Of a DNA stretch of 64,000 bases, positions 57,411 through 64,000 are shown one piece after another. The notes under the pieces are model-generated. The model was not told the DNA's origin. It saw only the letters and a list, made by a program, of their open reading frames with translations, and did not search any database. The stretch spans positions 629 to 64,628 of the forward strand of contig SYAZ01000015.1 in NCBI GenBank assembly GCA_005788815.1. The letters run 5' to 3'. This DNA is from Actinomycetota bacterium. GTDB taxonomy: Bacteria > Actinomycetota > Acidimicrobiia > Acidimicrobiales > Ilumatobacteraceae. How positions within the stretch are numbered: the stretch's first letter is position 1; the number at the start of each line of letters is the position of its first letter. The position numbers were made by a program, and so were the translations under genes.

Positions 57411-58196
57411 CTATTGATGTGCATCTGTTAGTGCATCAATGACTGCGTCGATGGCATATCGCCGATGATTGCGAATTGTTCTCGGTGCGACACCACGTGC
57501 ATGTGCAATTTCAACTCCACGCACGCCTGATCCCAGAAGTGTGAGCAGTTCAATGTCGTCCTGGTGAACTCCCAGTTCAGCTGCGTATGCGAGTACATCG
57601 TCTAACTCCATGTCTGATGCTCCGATATCTGTTGTGTCCACAATGCCCGACAGCACCTCGGAACCGACTTGGGCTTCTTCTACGCGGCGAAGCCGTGTGT
57701 GCCGTACAAAGGCAAAGTATTCGGTATCTCGAACAAGGTTGGATGCAATTTTTGATGTTCGTCGCTCGGATGGAAATTCCCGAATCACAATCCAGGCATG
57801 AGCGAAAACCTCAATGAGGGCAGCGTTTATGCCGCCACTAAAGATGCGTCCACGACGACGTGCAATTGCAACGAGCGATGGAAAGATTCTGTGTAAGACA
57901 ACTCTCGCCGCAATGTCGTCTGTGTGTGCTTGACGAACGAGGTGCCATAAGAATGTGTCGCCTGCTGTGTCGTCTAGTTCTGATCCGAAACCTGAGAGCG
58001 TCAAGAGTTGGTCGAGGTGGGTGATGGGATGGGGCAGGAAATCCCATGTGTTGACGTGACGCAGAGTTGAGGGCCGGCGACAAAGTCGTGCCCACTCGTC
58101 CACAATCTGGCGTGCAGTGCCATTGGCAACTGTTGTCCAAACAAGGGGATTATCGGATATTGGTGCATTGGGTGTGGTCTGTGACATGGCGAGCAC
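57411..58196 (-). CDS. divergent sigma-70/ECF-like or HTH regulator, hypothetical
   Basis: 261 aa. The C-terminal VEIAHARGVAPRTIRNHRRYAIDAV looks like a sigma region-4 HTH. The middle LWHLVRQAHTDDIAARVVLHRIFPSLVAIARR is loosely region-2-like. Assignment is weak. Confidence 0.45.
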   Translation of the reverse strand: MLAMSQTTPNAPISDNPLVWTTVANGTARQIVDEWARLCRRPSTLRHVNTWDFLPHPITHLDQLLTLSGFGSELDDTAGDTFLWHLVRQAHTDDIAARVVLHRIFPSLVAIARRRGRIFSGGINAALIEVFAHAWIVIREFPSERRTSKIASNLVRDTEYFAFVRHTRLRRVEEAQVGSEVLSGIVDTTDIGASDMELDDVLAYAAELGVHQDDIELLTLLGSGVRGVEIAHARGVAPRTIRNHRRYAIDAVIDALTDAHQ

Positions 58197-58304
58197 TGTG
58201 CAAACAAGGGTTTGTCGCAGGTGGGCTCGCAGGTCTCACCCAATGTCTCACCTGGCGAAATTTCTTGGTCGAGAGGGCACGACACAGTGGGCAATACTGA
58301 AGGG

Positions 58305-58967
58305 ATGCGCATCACACTTCCGTCTGGCACCTCAGCCGAGATTGTTCATCACGATTCACCCCGTATGGGTCTCGTGGTAGCCCCGGACATTTTTGGCTTG
58401 CGCCCCTTGTATGACGACATGGTGCAACAGTTTTCAAGCGATTGGCAGATGTCGGTGTGTGCGGTGGATCCATTTCCTGGCTTAGAACTAGGTCCAGAAA
58501 TTGATCCGCGATTCGCAGCAGTGCCTTCACTGAATGATGAAGTGAATTTGCGCGACCTCTTAGAAGCAGCCGATGCACTACAAACTCCGATAGTGGGACT
58601 GATTGGGTTTTGTATGGGTGGCATGTATTGCTTTAAAGCCGCACGTAGCGAACGCTTTTTTCGTATCGCCAGCTTTTACGGAATGATTACTTTGCCTGAG
58701 GCATGGCGAAGCCGATCACAAGGTGAGCCACTCGGAATGTTGTTATCTGGCTATGCAGAAAATGTGCTGGCAATTGTTGGTGGACAAGATCACTACACAC
58801 CAATTGTTGACATTGATCAATTGCGATCCACTGGCGCACAAGTGGTGTTGTATCCCGAAGCAGAACACGGTTTTGCACACGATGCATCACGCCCAGCACA
58901 CAGGCCTGAAGATGCTGCAGATGCATACGCTCGTGCGAAAGATTGGTTGCTCAGCGCAACACTGTGA
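58305..58967 (+). CDS. dienelactone hydrolase family protein
   Basis: GAAGGGA lies upstream of the ATG at 58305. GLVVAPDIFGL, nucleophile elbow GFCMGG, and a C-terminal EHGFAHD. Confidence 0.75.
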   Translation: MRITLPSGTSAEIVHHDSPRMGLVVAPDIFGLRPLYDDMVQQFSSDWQMSVCAVDPFPGLELGPEIDPRFAAVPSLNDEVNLRDLLEAADALQTPIVGLIGFCMGGMYCFKAARSERFFRIASFYGMITLPEAWRSRSQGEPLGMLLSGYAENVLAIVGGQDHYTPIVDIDQLRSTGAQVVLYPEAEHGFAHDASRPAHRPEDAADAYARAKDWLLSATL

Positions 58968-58968
58968 A

Positions 58969-59634
58969 TTACAGAGCGCGTTGCTCTAGTTTTGCGCGAT
59001 CTAAAATTCGGTACGAACGATCATGCTGTTCCAGCCACCGCAGTTTGATGAAACTAGCGATTGCTTTGTTGACGCGCTCACGTGACGCGCCAACCATGCC
59101 GGCAAGTTCTTCTTGTGTCACGGGAAGCATGAATTCATCTTTGCCACCGGACAGATCAACAAGACGCTTCGCAGTTCTACCTGTGACGTCGAGAAACACA
59201 CTGTCGGCTAATGCTTGGTCCATCGCACGTAAACGACGACTCAACATACGTACGACGTTCCACATGAGTGAAGTTGATGCATTGAGTTGATCGAGAACAG
59301 ATGTGTATGGAATCTCGAGCACTGTTGACGTTTCAAGTGCGCGAGCTCCTGCGGAACGAGTGCTCTTGTCGAGCATGCCCATTTCACCAAACAGGTCGCC
59401 TTCTTCCATGAGTGCAATCACGCTCTCACGATGATCGAACGGGCGGTTACCCAAAGCAATGGCGATGCGACCAGTGAGCACTACATAGATGGAATCGGGG
59501 TCATCGCCGGCCTCAAAGAGGACATCGCCTCGTACTAGGTTGCGTATCTTTCCTGATGCTGCAACGTCTGCCAGCATTGATGCTGGAGCGTCTGCGAAGA
59601 ATTCTGTGTCTGCGAGAACCTGTTCGTGTGCCAT
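58969..59634 (-). CDS. crp: Crp/Fnr family cAMP-responsive transcriptional regulator
   Basis: cNMP-binding GDLFGEMGMLD...RSAGARA and C-terminal HTH TQEELAGMVGASRERVNKAIASF. Confidence 0.9.
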   Translation of the reverse strand: MAHEQVLADTEFFADAPASMLADVAASGKIRNLVRGDVLFEAGDDPDSIYVVLTGRIAIALGNRPFDHRESVIALMEEGDLFGEMGMLDKSTRSAGARALETSTVLEIPYTSVLDQLNASTSLMWNVVRMLSRRLRAMDQALADSVFLDVTGRTAKRLVDLSGGKDEFMLPVTQEELAGMVGASRERVNKAIASFIKLRWLEQHDRSYRILDRAKLEQRAL

Positions 59635-59662
59635 AACAATCTCACGGTACTACCCTGCGAGC

Positions 59663-60313
59663 ATGGCTGAAAATGAGACCGTATGGACAATCGTGGTGGC
59701 GGCGGGCTCGGGGCTCCGTTTTGGGAGTGCCAAACAGTTTGAGACCATTGGGGGCAAGCGCATTGTGGACTGGGCGACGAATGAGGCAGCCGAGCATTCA
59801 GTGGGTGTCATCGTGGTGTTGCCTAAAGGTGAAGCCACTTCACCAGGGCAAGTAGAAGGCGGGGCGACGCGCTCAGAGTCCGTGCGCCGTGGCCTTGCAG
59901 CGGTTCCTGCCGACGCCACCATCGTGTGTGTTCATGATGCAGCGCGACCTTTTGCGAGCCCTGCAATTTTTCAACGCGTGATCTCTGCTGTTGTTGACGG
60001 CGCAGATGCCGCTGTTCCAGGTATTGCCGTGACCGACACAATTAAGCAAGTGAATGAATCTGAAGTGGTAGTTGCGACACCGCGCCGTGAAACATTGCGC
60101 GCGGTACAGACGCCGCAAGCATTCCGTGCTTCATCCTTACGACGTGCACATGAAAATGGTGGCGAAGGTACAGACGACGCCACCTTGATTGAAAAAATCG
60201 GTGGAGAAGTTGTTGTCGTTGAGGGTGAAGTAGTCAATCGAAAAATCACAACTCCTGAAGATCTTGAATGGGCAGTCATTCATGCGGAGCGAATGTTGAA
60301 AGGTGAAATCTGA
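59663..60313 (+). CDS. ispD: 2-C-methyl-D-erythritol 4-phosphate cytidylyltransferase
   Basis: Internal start MAENETVWTIVVAAGSGLRFG, VHDAARPF, QTPQAF. The longer ORF would overlap crp. Confidence 0.9.
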   Translation: MAENETVWTIVVAAGSGLRFGSAKQFETIGGKRIVDWATNEAAEHSVGVIVVLPKGEATSPGQVEGGATRSESVRRGLAAVPADATIVCVHDAARPFASPAIFQRVISAVVDGADAAVPGIAVTDTIKQVNESEVVVATPRRETLRAVQTPQAFRASSLRRAHENGGEGTDDATLIEKIGGEVVVVEGEVVNRKITTPEDLEWAVIHAERMLKGEI

Positions 60314-60801
60314 TGGTTGACATACGTGTCGGACAAGGTTTTGATGTTCACCGTTTTTCAGATACACCAATCGAAGGTCGTGTTCTCATTCTCGGCGGTG
60401 TCGCATTTCCAGGAGAACCAGTTCTTGTAGGTCATAGTGATGCAGATGTCATTGCACATGCTGCTGCCGATGCATTGCTTGGCGCAGCTGGTCTTGGAGA
60501 CATTGGTCAGCATTACCCCGACACCGATCCAGCATGGAAAGGCGCTAACTCTCTTGCAATTTTGAAAGATGTCGCAGCCAAAATCACGGCACTTGGATGG
60601 CGCGTCGGCAATATTGATTGCAGTGTTGTGTGTGAATCACCACGTATCGCGCCCGTTCGTGATGAAATGGTGTCGTTACTTTCTGCTGCAGCCGGCGCAC
60701 CCGTGTCTGTCAAAGGTCGACGTGCCGAGGGTCTTGGCGCAATCGGTCGTGGCGAAGGAATCGCCTGTTTCTCTTCAGCAATCATCATCAAGGAGTCGTG
60801 A
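60313..60801 (+). CDS. ispF: 2-C-methyl-D-erythritol 2,4-cyclodiphosphate synthase
   Basis: IRVGQGFDVHRF, GHSDADVIAHA, GDIGQHYPDTDP. TGATG overlap with ispD. Confidence 0.95.
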   Translation: MVDIRVGQGFDVHRFSDTPIEGRVLILGGVAFPGEPVLVGHSDADVIAHAAADALLGAAGLGDIGQHYPDTDPAWKGANSLAILKDVAAKITALGWRVGNIDCSVVCESPRIAPVRDEMVSLLSAAAGAPVSVKGRRAEGLGAIGRGEGIACFSSAIIIKES

Positions 60802-60803
60802 CC

Positions 60804-61856
60804 ATGGCGCCACGCAAATCATCAAAACCAAAAGTAAATACCGGTAAGCCAGGTCGTCCTGCAGGCGGTCGCAATACTGGCAGTCGATCACGTAGTGACG
60901 AACCAAAAGGGCCATCATCACGCAGTGGCGCTGCATCCTCGCGCGGAGTTGTTTCGCGAAGCAAAGGTGCAGGCGCAGGCGGAGCATCACGAGTGGGTGC
61001 TCCCCGTGACGGTGCACCGCGTCCGCAAGCTCGTCGTGGCGCGCCACAACCTGGTGCACGTCGCGGAGAATCTCCACGTCGCAATGCGCCAGTTGCAAAA
61101 GGTTTAGGTGGCGAACAAATTGAAGGCCGTCAGGCTGTGCGTGAATTACTCATTGGTCAACGTCGCAAAGTTCGTGAAATTTGGATTGCTGCAGATATTG
61201 ACCCAGCACCAATTCTTGAAGACATCGAACAGATTGCCGATGCGCAACGAGTCACTGTGCTTGAAGTGCCACGCCGCAAATTAGAAGAGACTGCACGAAG
61301 CGAAGCACCGCAAGGCATCATTGCTTTTGCTGCGCCACTTGAAGAAGCAGATTTTGCTGCACTGTTGCGTCCACGTAATGGAGTGGCACCATTCCTTGTA
61401 GCTGTCGATGGCGTGACAGACCCCGGCAACCTTGGCGCGTTACTTCGTTGTTGTGATGGCGCCGGCGTTACTGGCGTGTTGCTACCAAAGCATCGCGCCG
61501 TGCATGTCACCCCCACGGTGGCAAAGGCATCGGCTGGGGCAATCGAGCATGTGCCCATGGCCTTGGTCTCTGGTCTTCCCACCGCTATCCAACAGATGCG
61601 CGACAAAGGCATTTGGGTCGTCGGTCTTGATGATTCAAGCGACAACACATTGTTTGAGATCGGCAAATTGGCCAATGAGGGCATCTGCCTCGTGCTGGGG
61701 TCCGAAGGGGCTGGCCTGTCACGCCTTGTGCGGGACCGTTGCGACGCCATTGTGGGCATCCCCATGCTTGGCCAGGTCTCGTCTCTCAACGTTTCAGCGG
61801 CGGCTGCCTTGGCAACGTATGAAGTCACCCGTGTCCGAATGGCCGAGCGCGCCTAG
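60804..61856 (+). CDS. rlmB: 23S rRNA (guanosine-2'-O)-methyltransferase RlmB (SpoU/TrmH family) with Arg/Gly/Ser-rich N-terminal extension
   Basis: IEGRQAVRELL, VDGVTDPGNLGALLR, LVLGSEGAGLSRLV, IPMLGQVSSLNVSAAAA. AAGGAG lies 8 nt upstream of the ATG at 60804; an in-frame GTG at 60798 is also possible. Confidence 0.85.
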   Translation: MAPRKSSKPKVNTGKPGRPAGGRNTGSRSRSDEPKGPSSRSGAASSRGVVSRSKGAGAGGASRVGAPRDGAPRPQARRGAPQPGARRGESPRRNAPVAKGLGGEQIEGRQAVRELLIGQRRKVREIWIAADIDPAPILEDIEQIADAQRVTVLEVPRRKLEETARSEAPQGIIAFAAPLEEADFAALLRPRNGVAPFLVAVDGVTDPGNLGALLRCCDGAGVTGVLLPKHRAVHVTPTVAKASAGAIEHVPMALVSGLPTAIQQMRDKGIWVVGLDDSSDNTLFEIGKLANEGICLVLGSEGAGLSRLVRDRCDAIVGIPMLGQVSSLNVSAAAALATYEVTRVRMAERA

Positions 61857-61869
61857 GCTGTACCTCCTC

Positions 61870-61944
61870 GCCGGGTTAGCTCAGTGGTAGAGCAACGCAC
61901 TTGTAATGCGTAGGTCGTGGGTTCAATCCCCACACCCGGCTCCA
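61870..61944 (+). tRNA. tRNA-Thr (anticodon TGT), CCA encoded
   Basis: Acceptor GCCGGGT/ACCCGGC, D arm GCTC-AGTGGTA-GAGC, anticodon arm ACGCA-CTTGTAA-TGCGT, T arm GTGGG-TTCAATC-CCCAC, discriminator T followed by CCA. Confidence 0.95.
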
Positions 61945-62074
61945 TATGGCTCTTTGTGGCCACACTTCGTGGAAATCCTTTATTCCGTAGGGGTTGGAGA
62001 GGTGTCATGCCCCTTGTTCTACCTAGCCACTACCGTGTGCATGTCTCCTTGATTGCGAAAGAGGACTTTTCATT

Positions 62075-62674
62075 ATGAACCAACAACGATCTCGCGGCTC
62101 GCGCCCATCACTCCCATCACCAAGCACTGGCACTCTCGGGGTTGCTGTAGCTGTCGTGGCTTTGCTCCTCGGTTTCCTCATCTTGCGTGATGTGCGTGCC
62201 TCCAGCACCACGAACGGCGCCGTGCCCACATCTGCTGCGCCCACGCCCGGTGAAGGCTCTATCGACCCTTCGGTTACGTCAACCACACTTCCGCTAGATG
62301 TCAACGGATTCAAGATTCAAGTGGCTAACGCTTCTGGCATCGCTGGCAGTGCAGGTGTGATGACTGGCAATCTGCAAGATCAGGGTTACAAGGTATTGCC
62401 TGCAAAGAACGTGGCCGCCGGAACAGCTAAGCGCAAGACAACAGGCGTGTTCTACCTTGCTGGTTGTGAAGCAGCTGCACAAAAGATGGCTGGCGTTCTT
62501 GGCGGAACAGTAGAAGTTGCTGTCATGCCAGTACCAGTGCCCCTTGAAGACGGAACACTGGGCGATGCCTGCATTCTGATCTTGTTGGGAACCGATCTCT
62601 CTGGCAAGCCATTGCCAAGTGTTGGTACCGATGCTGGTGGTGCTGCAACCACCACAGTGCCACCTGCGGGCTGA
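62075..62674 (+). CDS. LytR_C domain membrane-anchored protein
   Basis: N-terminal TM (VAVAVVALLLGFLIL), Ser/Thr/Pro linker, then FKIQVANASGIAGSAGVMTGNLQDQGYKV, typical of LytR C-terminal domains. Confidence 0.6.
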   Translation: MNQQRSRGSRPSLPSPSTGTLGVAVAVVALLLGFLILRDVRASSTTNGAVPTSAAPTPGEGSIDPSVTSTTLPLDVNGFKIQVANASGIAGSAGVMTGNLQDQGYKVLPAKNVAAGTAKRKTTGVFYLAGCEAAAQKMAGVLGGTVEVAVMPVPVPLEDGTLGDACILILLGTDLSGKPLPSVGTDAGGAATTTVPPAG

Positions 62675-62675
62675 G

Positions 62676-63668
62676 CTACTTCGTCTGCAAATACAAGCGC
62701 GTGGCGTCCTCAACGCAACGCAACACTTGTTGCATAGATAATTCTGCGCCGAACTGCGCAGTGAGATTCATTACGTCAATGTCTGCGTAACTAGACATTT
62801 CTATGTCAACGTCGCCTGCAATAACAGCCATTTTTGTTTTGGAGTTTTGAGCGTACTGATACACGCTGCCCACAACTTTTCCATCGAAACTTGTTTCGTC
62901 GAGAAGGCCTTCACCAGTAATGACTAGATCGGTAGCGCGTATCGCGTCGTAGAACTCCACCTCTTCGGCAACGATGTCAAACCCGGGCATCAATGTTGCA
63001 CCGAGTGCTGCAAGTGCGCCGGCTAGTCCACCCGCGGCTCCAGACCCGAGAATGTTATTCACGGCGATGCCATATTCAGATTCGTACATTTGGGCTAACC
63101 GTTCTAGCCGGCCTGTCAACATGGTGACTTGAGATTTGCTCGCACCTTTTTGTGGTGCAAAAACTTTCGCAGCATCAATGAAGTAGGTGTCTACATCGCA
63201 CGCCACAAGAAATTCCACAGCACGCAGACGAGCAGGAGTGCTAATGGCACGCAATGCACCTAGGCCACCATCGGTTGTTGCAGAACCACCGAGACATACA
63301 ATGATTTTCTTGGCGCCTTCGTTAAGTGCTTTGTCAATGAGTTCACCAGTGCCTTGAGTGGTCGCATCCAGTGGATTGTTGTTGTCTGACCCACCTGCAA
63401 GCGTGAGCCCAGATGCGCGCGCCATCTCGATAACCGCAACACCACGGTGAAGGCGCCACTCTGCTTCGACCGCAGTTCCCAACGGCCCCGTGACCACACT
63501 GGATCTGTTTGGGCCGCCGAGAACATCAAGAGTTCCCTCACCACCATCGGCCATGGGCATCTCCACGCAGTCGATACCAAGGTCCCAGCAGGCATGACCA
63601 ATTGCTGCACAGACACTGGCAGCGCTTGCAGTTCCCTTGAATTTGTCTGCTGCTGCAAGTACACGCAC
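62676..63668 (-). CDS. glxK: glycerate kinase
   Basis: MRVLAAADKFKGTASAASV start, MADGGEGT, GGSATTDGG, ITGEGLLD. GTG start. Confidence 0.85.
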   Translation of the reverse strand: MRVLAAADKFKGTASAASVCAAIGHACWDLGIDCVEMPMADGGEGTLDVLGGPNRSSVVTGPLGTAVEAEWRLHRGVAVIEMARASGLTLAGGSDNNNPLDATTQGTGELIDKALNEGAKKIIVCLGGSATTDGGLGALRAISTPARLRAVEFLVACDVDTYFIDAAKVFAPQKGASKSQVTMLTGRLERLAQMYESEYGIAVNNILGSGAAGGLAGALAALGATLMPGFDIVAEEVEFYDAIRATDLVITGEGLLDETSFDGKVVGSVYQYAQNSKTKMAVIAGDVDIEMSSYADIDVMNLTAQFGAELSMQQVLRCVEDATRLYLQTK

Positions 63669-63701
63669 GAGGACACCCTAGGTCGGACATAGGGTTGAGA
63701 C

Positions 63702-64000
63702 ATGAGCAAATTGACTAACTGCGACGCAACAGAACAAGCCGCCATGGTGGCGCGAGGGGAAGTGTCTGCACGAGAACTCGTTGATGCGGCTATTCAGCAG
63801 GCACACGCTGTGAACGGTGATATCAACGCCATCATTCACCCGCGATTTGAAAAAGCACAACAGGAAGCATCGGGCACATTGCCACAAGGTGCATTCACTG
63901 GTGTGCCGTTAGTGCTGAAAGACCTAGGTGCGCCACTTGCTGGTGAGCCGCACCACATGGGAACACGTTTTCTGAAAGAAGCTGGCTACACAGCTCTGTC
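63702..64000 (+). CDS. amidase family protein, 5' fragment (continues beyond the window)
   Basis: My own translation from the ATG at 63702 gives MSKLTNCDATEQAAMVARGEVSARELVDAAIQQAHAVNGDINAIIHPRFE...FTGVPLVLKDL, a typical amidase-signature N-terminus. Confidence 0.7.
   Translation, partial: MSKLTNCDATEQAAMVARGEVSARELVDAAIQQAHAVNGDINAIIHPRFEKAQQEASGTLPQGAFTGVPLVLKDLGAPLAGEPHHMGTRFLKEAGYTAL

Overview
Gene-dense 64 kb chromosomal segment with about 70 protein genes, 2 tRNAs and almost no intergenic DNA. Many adjacent genes share ATGA, GTGA or TAATG start/stop overlaps, and several convergent genes abut or overlap at their stops. Gene content points to an actinobacterium of moderate GC content: an ispD-ispF-rlmB block, a Crp regulator, an F420-type LLM oxidoreductase, a DUF2786/HExxH pair like mycobacterial Rv0184/Rv0185, and a fused oleBC gene. 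This taxonomic call is inference only; no database search was possible. I found no rRNA, CRISPR array, transposase, integrase, phage gene or recognisable defence system. Most genes are accessory metabolism (alpha/beta hydrolases, oxygenases, nitroreductases, TetR/PadR regulators, one amino-acid ABC transporter, a copper P-type ATPase). Items worth a second look: (1) an orphan two-gene module, one product a 494-aa coiled-coil protein, stacked directly upstream of a membrane-anchored phosphodiester glycosidase (11200-13413); (2) a translationally coupled ferritin-like/DUF455 di-iron operon preceded by a Cys-less DksA-like mini-ORF (2563-4874); (3) a PhyH-dioxygenase plus HD-oxygenase pair resembling the PhnY/PhnZ oxidative C-P cleavage route (34968-36277); (4) a three-gene oleA-oleBC-oleD olefin cluster (46003-50392); (5) an imperfect ~50-nt direct repeat that includes the first 10 nt of tRNA-Lys and brackets a PadR/LysM-membrane-protein cassette, inside the only long non-coding stretch of the window (50572-52514); (6) three small ORFs below the ORF-track cutoff (DUF2256-like, Zn-ribbon, DksA-like). 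None is demonstrably a new system from sequence alone. All function calls rest on motifs I read in the translations and need profile or structure searches to confirm.
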